Assembly (NCBI GenBank): GCA_049510875.1
Contig: JBEKYO010000005.1
Coordinates: 3,818-67,817 of the forward strand
Length of the DNA stretch: 64,000 nucleotides
DNA from: Steroidobacteraceae bacterium
GTDB lineage: Bacteria; Pseudomonadota; Gammaproteobacteria; Steroidobacterales; Steroidobacteraceae
Reading direction: 5' to 3'
In this document: positions 34,636-43,738 of the stretch, piece after piece
Position numbering within the stretch: position 1 is the first letter of the stretch
Layout: each line of letters opens with the position of its first letter
Translations under genes and position numbers: made by a program
Notes under the pieces: generated by a model
The model's database searches: none
What the model saw: the letters and a program-made list of their open reading frames with translations, nothing else
Told to the model about the DNA's origin: nothing

Positions 34636-35984
34636 CAGCCGGTGGTCAAGCGTTCGGGCTCGGCGCGGATGTTGGCTGCGCGGCTGCGCATCGCGCGGAT
34701 GCTCCTTCCGAGGTGCGCAATGCAGATCGCATAGTACAGCACCTTGAACAAGCGCAGCGACGTCCAAATGGGCGTGCCGCGGAACACATCGCCCGCCAGC
34801 AGCGACAGCAGCGCCTCTTCCATCCGCAGCACATTGCGCGGGCCCAGGAATACTTCGCGCATCGTGGGGTTGGTAACCCGATAGATGAACCACGAGTACT
34901 GCTTCGGGCCGCGGCGCATGATCCTGTCGAACCGTTTACGGGCGCTCATCGCCCGCCCGGGGTCCGTGCGGCAGAGGTCGACGGTTTCAGCGGCGGCCAT
35001 GCCGCCGTTCATGGCCAACATCACGCCCGAGGAGAACACCGGATCGATGAACGCGAAGGCGTCGCCAATCATCAGGTAGTTGCGTCCGTAGCTGCGTTCG
35101 CAAGCGTACGAATAGTTGCCCGTGGCTTCGACCTCGGAGATCAGCGTGGCGCCGCTCAGGCGCTCGGCGAGCGGAGGACACTGGGCGATGGTCGACATGA
35201 AAAACTCCCGCACCGGTCCCACGCGGGTCTTCAAATAGTGCGGCCACACCACGGCTCCGATACTGGTCGTCCCGTCCGCCAGGGGAATGAACCAGAACCA
35301 CCCATGATCGAACCAATAGATGCAGATGTTGCCCGCCCGCTTGCCGCAATCGCGCCGCGCGCCGGTGAAGTGGCCGTACATGGCCGCGCTATTGTGCTTC
35401 TTGTTGCGCCGCTTGAGCTTGAGGCGGTTGCCCAGGAAAGTGTCCCGTCCGGAGGCGTCGATCAGCTGCGCGGCTTCCCAGGATTGCGCGCGCCCGTCGT
35501 CATGCAGCGCGTGCACCCGGACGCGCTCGCCGTCCAGAAATTCCACGTCCTGCACGCGGCACCCTTCGACCACGTCGGCGCCCTGCTCGGCGGCGCGCCT
35601 TACCAATATTTCATCGAATTCGGAGCGCCTGACCTGGTACGCCATGGGTAGGGTTTTGTCCCATGCGTTCGCGAACTGGAACTCCTGGCAGCGCCCGTCC
35701 CAGTGCGAGATGAATTCCGCGCCCCACTTCTCCATGCCGACCGCGCGAACTTTTTCCGCCACGCCGAGTCTGTCCAGAAGAGGCATATTGGCGGGCAGCA
35801 GCGACTCGCCGATGTGAAAGCGGGGATGGCGGGCCTTCTCGAGGACGACGACGCGGTACCCCTTCTCGGCGAGCATGATCGCCGCGCTCGAGCCCGCCGG
35901 TCCGCCGCCGATGATCAATATGTCGCATCCCGCCGGGTGGATGCGCGGGAAATCGATTTGCGAGCCATTCGCGGACGTCATCAT
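34635..35984 (-). CDS. flavin-dependent halogenase-like FAD oxidoreductase
   Basis: It has GxGxxG (IIGGGPAGSSAA), the HPRFHIGESLLP segment, the WxWxIP signature (GWFWFIPL) and GDAFAFIDPVFSSGV. I favour the ATGATG start at 35984/35981 because GGAGAA lies directly upstream. Confidence 0.8.
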   Translation of the reverse strand: MMTSANGSQIDFPRIHPAGCDILIIGGGPAGSSAAIMLAEKGYRVVVLEKARHPRFHIGESLLPANMPLLDRLGVAEKVRAVGMEKWGAEFISHWDGRCQEFQFANAWDKTLPMAYQVRRSEFDEILVRRAAEQGADVVEGCRVQDVEFLDGERVRVHALHDDGRAQSWEAAQLIDASGRDTFLGNRLKLKRRNKKHNSAAMYGHFTGARRDCGKRAGNICIYWFDHGWFWFIPLADGTTSIGAVVWPHYLKTRVGPVREFFMSTIAQCPPLAERLSGATLISEVEATGNYSYACERSYGRNYLMIGDAFAFIDPVFSSGVMLAMNGGMAAAETVDLCRTDPGRAMSARKRFDRIMRRGPKQYSWFIYRVTNPTMREVFLGPRNVLRMEEALLSLLAGDVFRGTPIWTSLRLFKVLYYAICIAHLGRSIRAMRSRAANIRAEPERLTTG

Positions 35985-36077
35985 TTCTCCACATATCCCT
36001 ATCGGGGCGGCCCGGGCCACTGTCCCTGCAGTTTATCGCGACGAGAAACACGGGTCCAACGCCTGTAAGATACCGGT

Positions 36078-36761
36078 ATGCACATCTTGATTGTCGAAGA
36101 CGATGAGGTTGCGCGCGATTATCTGGCCAAGGCGTTGCGCGAAGTGGGTCACACGGTCGATGTCGCCGCCAACGGCCTCGCGGGTCTGCAGATGGCGTCT
36201 TCCCTGAGCGTCGACCTGGCCATCGTCGATCGCATGCTCCCGAAGCTCGATGGACTCGCCCTGGTGCAGTCCCTGCGGGCCACCGGCCGCAAGATGCCGG
36301 TGCTGATCTTGAGCGCGTTGGGCGACGTCGACGACCGCATCACGGGTTTGCGCGCGGGCGGGGACGACTACCTCACCAAGCCGTATCACATGCCGGAACT
36401 CATGGCCCGCATCGATGCGCTGGCGCGGCGCGGCGACTCGGGCAATGCCGAAGCGAACACCAAACTCAAGCTGGCCGATCTCGAGCTGGATCGCATGACC
36501 CGCCGGGTGACGCGCAACGGCAAGAAGATCGAGTTGACGGCGCGCGAATTCCAGCTGCTCGAATTCATGATGCGTCACAGCGGCCAGGTCGTCACCCGGA
36601 CCATGCTGCTCGAAGGCGTGTGGGACTATCACTTCGATCCGCAGACCAACGTGATCGACGTGCACATCAGCCGCCTGCGCCAGGCGATCGACAAAGATTT
36701 CGACAAGCCCCTGCTGCACACCGTGCGCGGCGCAGGTTATAGTTTGCGCGAAGACGAGTAG
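36078..36761 (+). CDS. OmpR-family response regulator
   Basis: 227 aa. The receiver reads MHILIVEDDEV...DLAIVDRMLPKLDG, and the winged-helix output domain reads LTAREFQLLEFMMRHSGQVVTRTMLLEGVWDY...VIDVHISRLRQAI. Confidence 0.9.
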   Translation: MHILIVEDDEVARDYLAKALREVGHTVDVAANGLAGLQMASSLSVDLAIVDRMLPKLDGLALVQSLRATGRKMPVLILSALGDVDDRITGLRAGGDDYLTKPYHMPELMARIDALARRGDSGNAEANTKLKLADLELDRMTRRVTRNGKKIELTAREFQLLEFMMRHSGQVVTRTMLLEGVWDYHFDPQTNVIDVHISRLRQAIDKDFDKPLLHTVRGAGYSLREDE

Positions 36762-36768
36762 GCTCCTG

Positions 36769-38160
36769 GTGCGCGCCGCACGACGCACGGTCAGCCCCGA
36801 TCAGCGATTCCTGGGCGTGCTCGATACGTCGCCGTTTCGCATCGCCATCGTTTACTCCATCGTGTTCGCATGCGGGGCGGCCGCGCTGCTCGGGGCGGTC
36901 GATTTTGCCGTGTCGCGGGTGGTCGACGGCAGCACCGACAACCTCATCGAGGCCGAGGTTCAGGGCCTGCGCGAGCAGGTTTTGGTGCTGTCGCGCAGCG
37001 ATTTCATCGAGCTCATCGAACAACGTTCGCAAGACCAGGACGTGCGCGGCGCCGTCTACCTGATGGTGGACCCGCAATTGCGGCCGGTCGCCGGCAATGT
37101 TCCCGCGTGGCCGAGGATCGACGCCAACGAAGGCAAGTGGATTCAATTCAAGGTCTCGGTTCCGTTCGGCGACGAGACGCGCGAGCATGAAATGCGCGCG
37201 CAGCGCTTCCCCCTGCCCGGCAAATATCAAATGCTGGTCGGCCACGACGTGCAGGAACGGCAGGACGTGAAGAACCTGATGATGCGCGGCCTGATTGCGG
37301 CGGTGGTGATGACGCTGCTGCTCGGGCTGGGGGGCGGATTTTGGATGGGCCGCCGCATCCTGGCCCAGGCGGGCGCCATTTCGGCGGTCGCGACCCAGAT
37401 CATGCGCGGCGATTTGTCGCGCCGCCTGCCGGTGCGCGACGCCGAGGACGAGATCAACACCCTCGCCCGCGAGATCAACAGCATGCTGGACAAGATCGAG
37501 CAGCTCACGTTGGGCATGCGCACCGTGCTCGACAGCGCGGCGCATGATCTGCGAACGCCCCTCAACCGGCTGCAGTCCACCGCGGAAGGCGCCATGACCC
37601 AGCTCGCGCCCGGATCGCCCGAGCGGCGCGTGCTGGAGCGCGTCACCACGGAAGTCGACCACATGCGCAGCACGCTCGATGCGCTGCTGCGCATCGCACT
37701 CGCCGAGACCGGCACCGTGGCGCGCGAGCCCGTGGACCTGTCGGAATTGGTGGCGAGCATGGTCGAACTGTATGCGCCGGTGGGCGAGGAGCGCGGCATC
37801 GTCCTCGAAAGCGCGGTGGAGCCGGGGGCGCGCGTGCAGGGCAGCCGGCAGTTGCTGGCGCAGGCGCTCGCCAATTTGCTCGATAATGCGATCAAATTCA
37901 CGCCCGACGGCGGACACATTCGCGTGCTGCTGCACGGGCCCAGCACCGAACCGGAGCTGGTCGTCGAGGACAATGGGCCGGGAATCCCGGCCGATAAGCG
38001 CGAGATCGTGCTGGGCCGCCGCGTTCGCCTGGATGAGGCGCGCAAATTTCCCGGGTCCGGCTTGGGACTATCCTTGGTGGCCGCCGTCACCAAGTTGCAC
38101 GGTGCACGCCTGGTTCTGGATGATGCCGGCCCGGGCCTGCGTGTTTCGTTGAAATTTTGA
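36769..38160 (+). CDS. sensor histidine kinase (HAMP-HisKA-HATPase)
   Basis: It has two TM segments and a HAMP-like region. The H-box is SAAHDLRTPLN, the N-box is NLLDNAIKFTP, and the G-boxes are DNGPGIP and GSGLGLSLV. The start is GTG. Confidence 0.85.
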   Translation: MRAARRTVSPDQRFLGVLDTSPFRIAIVYSIVFACGAAALLGAVDFAVSRVVDGSTDNLIEAEVQGLREQVLVLSRSDFIELIEQRSQDQDVRGAVYLMVDPQLRPVAGNVPAWPRIDANEGKWIQFKVSVPFGDETREHEMRAQRFPLPGKYQMLVGHDVQERQDVKNLMMRGLIAAVVMTLLLGLGGGFWMGRRILAQAGAISAVATQIMRGDLSRRLPVRDAEDEINTLAREINSMLDKIEQLTLGMRTVLDSAAHDLRTPLNRLQSTAEGAMTQLAPGSPERRVLERVTTEVDHMRSTLDALLRIALAETGTVAREPVDLSELVASMVELYAPVGEERGIVLESAVEPGARVQGSRQLLAQALANLLDNAIKFTPDGGHIRVLLHGPSTEPELVVEDNGPGIPADKREIVLGRRVRLDEARKFPGSGLGLSLVAAVTKLHGARLVLDDAGPGLRVSLKF

Positions 38161-38169
38161 GGGGTTTAC

Positions 38170-40278
38170 ATGCTGCGATATGTTGGATACGTTGCGACGA
38201 TGATGGCTGTGGCTGCTTGTTCCACCACTGGTAATCCGCCGGCAGGGCCGGACTCCGCGCCGCCGGCCGCCGCGCCGCGCGCCGCCCTGTCCGGCGTGGA
38301 TACGCGGTACGTCGACGATCACGTGCGGCCGCAGGACGATCTGTACCGGCACCTGAACGGCAAGTGGCTGGATACCTTCGAGATTCCGGCGGACAAGGGG
38401 GTGTACGGGGCATTCACGCAAATCGATGACGCGACCCAGGAACAGTTGCGCATCGTGGTCGAGGGGCTGACCGCCCCGGGGGCCGCAGGCCCGAGCGCAC
38501 CGAACGGTGATGGCAGCGCGGGCGGCGCGCCCCCCGCGGATGCGCGCAAGATCGCCGATCTTTACGCCAGCTTCATGGATGAGGCGCGGCTCGAAACCTT
38601 GGGTCTCGCGCCGCTCAAAGCTGCCTTTGCGGAAATCGACGCGGTGTCCGACAAGCGCGACATCCCGGGGCTCATCGCACGCTTCAATCGAACCGGCGCG
38701 GGCGCGCCGTACGACATCGACATCGACCAGGATCAGAAGGATTCGACGCACTATGCGGCCATCCTCAGCCAGAGCGGGCTGGGAATGCCCGACCGCGACT
38801 ATTACCTCAAGGACGACGCCAAGCTCAAGAGCGCGCGTGCCCAGTACCTCGCGCACATGGAAAAGATGCTGGCCATGGCCGGCGACAGCCAGGCGGGACG
38901 CAGCGCGGCCGCCATCATGAAGCTCGAGACGGCCATGGCGGAGCTGCAGTGGACGCGCGTGGCCAACCGCGATCCTGTAAAGACCTATAACAAAGTCCCG
39001 CTATCGGAGCTGCCCGGACTGATGCCCGGCTTCGGCTGGCACAGTTACCTCGAGCGCAGCGGGATTCTCGGCAAGACCGATTACGTCATCATCAGGCAGC
39101 CCAGCTATTTCAAAGGGCTCGACAAGCTGATCGCGGATACGCCGCTCGGCGTCTGGAGGAGCTATTTCAAATGGCATCAGCTGGCGGCCGCGGCACCCTA
39201 TCTCTCGAAGGCCTTCGTCGACGAGCGGTTCGCGTTCACCGGCACCACCCTGCGCGGCATTCCGCAGAACCGCCCGCGGTGGAAGCGCGGCATGACGGTT
39301 ATCGATGAGGCGATGGGCGAGGCGATCGGCCGGCTGTATGTCGCCAGATTCTTTCCCCCGCAGAACAAGGCGCGCATGGAGGATCTGGTGCGGCACCTCA
39401 TCGAGGCTTATCGGCAGGACATCGTGACGCTCGATTGGATGAGCCCGGAGACGAAGAAAGGTGCGCAGGAGAAGCTCACGAAGCTCGTGACCAAGATCGG
39501 CTATCCGAATGTCTGGCGCGACTACGGCGCGCTCGTGATCGCGCGCGAGGACCTGTGGGGCAACGTGGTGCGCGCCGGCGAATTCGAATATCGCCGCAAT
39601 ATCGACAAGCTCGGGCGTCCCATCGACCGCAACGAGTGGCAGATGACGCCCCAGACGGTCAACGCCTACTACAACCCCGTGATGAACGAAATCGTATTTC
39701 CGGCGGCTATCCTGCAGCCGCCGTTCTTCGATGCGGGGGCGGACGATGCGGTGAACTACGGCGGCATCGTGGCCGTCATCGGTCACGAGGTCAGTCACGG
39801 CTTCGACGATCAGGGCAGTCAGTACGACGCGGACGGCAACCTGCGCGATTGGTTCACGCCGCAGGACCATGAGAAGTTCGCCGCCAGAACCAAGGCGTTG
39901 GTGGCGCAATACGACGCCTACGAGCCCGTGAGCGGCTATCACGTCAACGGCGAGCTGACGCTCGGCGAGAACATCGCCGACAACTCGGGATTGGCGCTGG
40001 CCTACAAGGCTTATCAATTGTCGCTGGCCGGCCGGGCATCGCCGATCATCGACGGGTTCACGGGGGAGCAGCGCTTCTACCTCGGCTGGGTGCAGGTGTG
40101 GCGGGGCAAGGTTCGCGAGAACGAGGCCATCCAACGCATCAAGGTCGATCCGCATTCGCCGCCGGCGGTCCGCGGGACGGCCCCGCTCGAGAATCAACCG
40201 GGGTTCTATGCGGCGTTCGGTGTGAAGCCCGGCGATAAGATGTACCTGGGTCCCGACCAGCGCGTCATCATTTGGTAG
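38170..40278 (+). CDS. M13-family zinc metallopeptidase (PepO / endothelin-converting-enzyme-like), lipoprotein-type signal
   Basis: 702 aa. It has HEVSHGFD (HExxH), GENIADNSG (ENxADxGG) and NAYYNP. The N-terminus MMAVAACS is lipobox-like. Confidence 0.9.
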   Translation: MLRYVGYVATMMAVAACSTTGNPPAGPDSAPPAAAPRAALSGVDTRYVDDHVRPQDDLYRHLNGKWLDTFEIPADKGVYGAFTQIDDATQEQLRIVVEGLTAPGAAGPSAPNGDGSAGGAPPADARKIADLYASFMDEARLETLGLAPLKAAFAEIDAVSDKRDIPGLIARFNRTGAGAPYDIDIDQDQKDSTHYAAILSQSGLGMPDRDYYLKDDAKLKSARAQYLAHMEKMLAMAGDSQAGRSAAAIMKLETAMAELQWTRVANRDPVKTYNKVPLSELPGLMPGFGWHSYLERSGILGKTDYVIIRQPSYFKGLDKLIADTPLGVWRSYFKWHQLAAAAPYLSKAFVDERFAFTGTTLRGIPQNRPRWKRGMTVIDEAMGEAIGRLYVARFFPPQNKARMEDLVRHLIEAYRQDIVTLDWMSPETKKGAQEKLTKLVTKIGYPNVWRDYGALVIAREDLWGNVVRAGEFEYRRNIDKLGRPIDRNEWQMTPQTVNAYYNPVMNEIVFPAAILQPPFFDAGADDAVNYGGIVAVIGHEVSHGFDDQGSQYDADGNLRDWFTPQDHEKFAARTKALVAQYDAYEPVSGYHVNGELTLGENIADNSGLALAYKAYQLSLAGRASPIIDGFTGEQRFYLGWVQVWRGKVRENEAIQRIKVDPHSPPAVRGTAPLENQPGFYAAFGVKPGDKMYLGPDQRVIIW

Positions 40279-40409
40279 CCCAACCGCATCTGCGCTACGC
40301 GGCTCAACCGTCAATTTATCGGCGCTCCCAAGGGCAGCACGCTCCCGGAGGCTGCCGGGGAGAAATCGTAACCCTCTGGAAACATAGATAAAAATCGTCG
40401 AGAGGGGCG

Positions 40410-40425
40410 TGGCATGGAACTTGCT
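40410..40425 (+). promoter_or_regulatory. sigma-54 promoter upstream of fliL
   Basis: TGGCAT-GGAAC-TTGCT matches TGGCAC-N5-TTGCW, 45 nt upstream of the fliL ATG. Confidence 0.65.
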
Positions 40426-40469
40426 CGATGCTTGGCTGCGGCAGATGCGCCGCGCTAGGAATCGACACC

Positions 40470-41024
40470 ATGGCCGAAGAAGCTGGAGAAGCCACTCCAC
40501 CGCCCGCGAACAAGTCGGGCGCGATGGTTGGCAAACTGGTGAACGGGACGGGCATTTTCGCGCTGTCCTTGTGCGCCGTCGTGCTCGGGGGCGGCCTCAA
40601 CGCCAAGCTGCATCCGATGCCCGACTTCAGGTTGGACAAGGACGGCAAGATCACCGCCATCGTGCCGGTCGTCGCCCCGGGCGGCGGCCACGCCGAAGAG
40701 GGGGTGAAAGCCTCGGTCTTCTATCCCATCGACCCTCCGCTCGTCGTCAATTTCGAGGACGGCTCCGCGGTGCGCTTCCTGCAGATATCGATGGACGTGA
40801 TGGCGAAGGATCAGAAGGCGATCGACAGCGTCCAAAAGAACATCCCCCTGATCCGCAACAACCTCCTGTTGCTCATGAGCAATCGCGATTACCAGTCGCT
40901 GATGTCGCGCGAGGGCAAGGAGAAATTGCGGCAGGAAGCGCTGACCGAAGTGCGCGCCGTGCAAAAGAAACAAGGCGGCGAAGACATCGACGATATCCTG
41001 TTCACCAGCTTCGTGGTGCAGTGA
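40470..41024 (+). CDS. fliL: flagellar basal body-associated protein FliL
   Basis: 184 aa from ATG 40470. It has a single TM segment, then VFYPIDPPLVVNFEDGSAVRFLQISMDVMAKDQKAIDSVQKNIPLIRNNLLLLMSNRDYQSLMSREGKEKLRQEAL, a typical FliL domain. Confidence 0.85.
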   Translation: MAEEAGEATPPPANKSGAMVGKLVNGTGIFALSLCAVVLGGGLNAKLHPMPDFRLDKDGKITAIVPVVAPGGGHAEEGVKASVFYPIDPPLVVNFEDGSAVRFLQISMDVMAKDQKAIDSVQKNIPLIRNNLLLLMSNRDYQSLMSREGKEKLRQEALTEVRAVQKKQGGEDIDDILFTSFVVQ

Positions 41025-41992
41025 TGCCCGCAGCCGAGGCCGCCGCGGCGGAGCAGACCGCCGCGCCTGACGCGAGCGCGATTTCCGAGGAAGAGGTATC
41101 GGCGCTTCTCGAGGGCAACGCCAGCAGCAATGTGCGCCCCTACGATTTGACCTCGCAGCGCGTCAACCGCACCCAGCTGCCGATGCTCGAAATCGTTTGC
41201 AAAAGCTTCGCCGAAAAAATGAGCCTGGCGTTGTCGACGCTGGTCGGGCGCGATGCCACGGTGCAGTTCAGCGCGCTCGATTCCGCGCGGGCCGCGGAAT
41301 TGCAGGCCGCCCTGCCGGTTCCCGCGAGCCTGGCCGTGGTGCGTTTGAAGCCGCTGCCGGGAAACGCATTCGTCAGCGTGGATCCCGCGCTGCTGCTCAC
41401 GCTGCTCGACGGCTTCTTCGGCGGTTCCGGGCGGGCCACCAGCGACGCCCAAGCGGCGATCGCGCCGGCGGCTCAGCGCTTTCAGGCCATGATCTTGCGC
41501 AGCTTTGCGGCGGGATTGGCGGCCGCCTGGGCGCCGGTCGCTGCGCTCGAGCTGGAAATCGTGAAGCAGGAAACGAATCCGCGGTTGATGCAACTCGGCG
41601 CGCCGCAGGACCTGATGCTCGCATTGCGCTTCAGCGTCGAATTCGGCGCCCAAGCGGGCCGCATCGATTGGCTGGTTCCCGAAGCGCTGTTGGCGCCCGT
41701 CCGGGAGGCGCTCGCCTCGGAGACCGGCAACACGCAGATGCGCAAGCACGAGCCCTGGGGCCCGGTGCTCGGGACGGCATTGCAGGAAGCACAGCTCGAG
41801 ACGCGGGCCATTCTGGCGCAGGCCCAGATCAGCCTGGGCGAACTCGTGCGCCTGGCGCCGGGCGACATCATCCCGATCGAGACGCCGCAGCATGCCATTT
41901 TGCTGGCGGGGGGGGTCCCCCTGTACCGCGGCCGGTTCGGCGTTTCGCAGGGCCGCAACTCGCTCAAAATTCTTCCCGGAGGTCCTGTATGA
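41024..41992 (+). CDS. fliM: flagellar motor switch protein FliM
   Basis: 322 aa. The N-terminal CheY-binding-like segment is ISEEEVSALLEG. Further FliM segments are YDLTSQRVNRTQLPMLEIVCKSFAEKMSLALSTLVGR and the C-terminal LVRLAPGDIIPIE. The ATG overlaps the fliL stop. Confidence 0.9.
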   Translation: MPAAEAAAAEQTAAPDASAISEEEVSALLEGNASSNVRPYDLTSQRVNRTQLPMLEIVCKSFAEKMSLALSTLVGRDATVQFSALDSARAAELQAALPVPASLAVVRLKPLPGNAFVSVDPALLLTLLDGFFGGSGRATSDAQAAIAPAAQRFQAMILRSFAAGLAAAWAPVAALELEIVKQETNPRLMQLGAPQDLMLALRFSVEFGAQAGRIDWLVPEALLAPVREALASETGNTQMRKHEPWGPVLGTALQEAQLETRAILAQAQISLGELVRLAPGDIIPIETPQHAILLAGGVPLYRGRFGVSQGRNSLKILPGGPV

Positions 41993-42336
41993 GTGTTCCC
42001 GATCCCAAAGCCGCGGCCGTTGCGCGCGCGCAATTCAACGATCTCGGGCCGAATGCCGCGGGCGGCGGCAGTCACGAGATCAACCTCAACCTGATTCTCG
42101 ACGTCGCGGTCACGCTTGCGCTCGAAGTGGGCCGCGCGAGCATGTCGGTGCGCGAACTCCTGCAGCTCGCGCCCGGCGCCATCGTCGAACTCGACCGCAT
42201 GGCCGGCGAACCGCTCGACGTGCTGGTGAACGGCGTGCGCATCGCGCGCGGCGAGGTGGTGGTGGTCAACGACAAATTCGGCATCCGGCTCACCGACGTG
42301 GTGAGCGCCACCGAAAGGATGGAGCACGCGAAATGA
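41989..42336 (+). CDS. fliN: flagellar motor switch protein FliN
   Basis: 115 aa. The SpoA domain reads [73 protein letters not shown]. There is an ATGA overlap with fliM. Confidence 0.9.
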   Translation: MSVPDPKAAAVARAQFNDLGPNAAGGGSHEINLNLILDVAVTLALEVGRASMSVRELLQLAPGAIVELDRMAGEPLDVLVNGVRIARGEVVVVNDKFGIRLTDVVSATERMEHAK

Positions 42337-42695
42337 CGGGAGTTGCGCAATCCGCATCCCCGCTGTCGGTCAGCAGCCTCGCGCAGCTCACGTTGAGCCT
42401 GATCGCGGTCGTTGCCTTGATATTCGCGGTCAGCTGGGCCTTGAAGCGCTTCAAGCTGGCGGGCCCGCGCGGCCGCGGCGAAATCGCCGTGCTCGACGAA
42501 TTGGCGGTTGGTCCCCGCGACCGGATCGTGCTGCTCAGCGTCGGCGACAGCCAGGTGCTGGTCGGCATCGGCGCGGGCGGCATGGTGAACCTCGCTCCTC
42601 TGGCCACACCCGTTGCCCTGAAAGGCGCGGCCCCCGCGCCGGCGTTCGCGGACCGGCTGCGCGATTTCATGAAGCGCTCCGGAGCGGCACAGTGA
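42333..42695 (+). CDS. fliO: flagellar biosynthesis protein FliO
   Basis: 120 aa with a single TM segment ([19 protein letters not shown]), then [28 protein letters not shown]. It lies between fliN and fliP. Confidence 0.75.
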   Translation: MTGVAQSASPLSVSSLAQLTLSLIAVVALIFAVSWALKRFKLAGPRGRGEIAVLDELAVGPRDRIVLLSVGDSQVLVGIGAGGMVNLAPLATPVALKGAAPAPAFADRLRDFMKRSGAAQ

Positions 42696-43465
42696 CCATC
42701 CGCCTGCCCGCCGCGCGCGTGTCCTGGCGGCGCTTGAGCGCGCTGGCGGTGTCGGCGCTGCTGCCCATCGGATTGGCGTCGGCGCAGGCGTCCCTGCCGG
42801 CGATCGCGATCAAGACGGCGGCGGACGGCGCGCAGCAGTATTCGCTGACGTTCCAAGTGCTCATATTGATGACGGTGCTGACGCTGCTGCCGGCGATCCT
42901 GCTCGCCATGACGGCGTTCACCCGCATCATCATCGTCCTGTCGATTCTGCGCCAGGCGCTCGGCATGGCGACAACCCCTTCGAATCAGGTGCTCACGGGC
43001 CTCGCGCTGTTCATGACCTTCTTCGTCATGAGCAGCACCCTGGACCAATCCTATGCGAACGGCATCAAACCCTATCTGGACGGACAGATTGCGGGCGAGG
43101 TCGCCATCGACCGCACGGTGCAGCCCCTGAAGAAATTCATGCTCGCGCAGACGCGCGAGACGGATCTGCAGCTGTTCACGAAGCTCTCCGGCAGATCGCA
43201 GTTCGCGAGCGCCGAGGACGTGCCGCTCGCCGTATTGATGCCGACCTTCATCACCAGCGAGCTGAAGACCGCGTTTCAAATAGGCTTCATGGTGTTCATT
43301 CCCTTCCTGGTCATCGACCTGGTGGTGGCGAGCGTGTTGATGTCGATGGGCATGATGATGCTGTCGCCCGTGCTGGTTTCACTGCCGTTCAAGATCATGC
43401 TGTTCGTGGTGGTCGACGGCTGGACGCTGCTGATGGGCACGCTGGCGGCGAGTTTCCACCAGTGA
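42692..43465 (+). CDS. fliP: flagellar export apparatus protein FliP
   Basis: 257 aa. It has a signal-like N-terminus. FliP segments are [29 protein letters not shown] and [32 protein letters not shown]. Confidence 0.95.
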   Translation: MTIRLPAARVSWRRLSALAVSALLPIGLASAQASLPAIAIKTAADGAQQYSLTFQVLILMTVLTLLPAILLAMTAFTRIIIVLSILRQALGMATTPSNQVLTGLALFMTFFVMSSTLDQSYANGIKPYLDGQIAGEVAIDRTVQPLKKFMLAQTRETDLQLFTKLSGRSQFASAEDVPLAVLMPTFITSELKTAFQIGFMVFIPFLVIDLVVASVLMSMGMMMLSPVLVSLPFKIMLFVVVDGWTLLMGTLAASFHQ

Positions 43466-43731
43466 CGCCGCAAAACGTCATGGATCTCGCGCACAGCACG
43501 CTGCTCGTGACCGGCATGCTGGCGGCGCCGCTGCTGTTGGTCGCGCTGATCGTCGGTCTGGTGATCGGCATGCTGCAGGCGGCGACCCAGATCAACGAGA
43601 CGACCTTGAGCTTCATCCCCAAGCTGATCCTGATCGCGCTCACGCTGTTCGCGGTCGGTCCGTGGATGCTGCGGGTGCTGGTCGACTTCACGCACGATCT
43701 GTACACCAACATTCCCGCCGTGATCGGTTGA
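43462..43731 (+). CDS. fliQ: flagellar export apparatus protein FliQ
   Basis: 89 aa. It reads [55 protein letters not shown]. Confidence 0.95.
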   Translation: MTPQNVMDLAHSTLLVTGMLAAPLLLVALIVGLVIGMLQAATQINETTLSFIPKLILIALTLFAVGPWMLRVLVDFTHDLYTNIPAVIG

Positions 43732-43738
43732 ACCCAGC

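Noticed and set aside
18894-40469. Mobile genomic island or integrative element between fliK and fliL
   Set aside because: No integrase, transposase, tRNA, phage or conjugation gene is visible. I also saw no terminal direct or inverted repeats. The block is treated as a non-mobile insertion or rearrangement instead.
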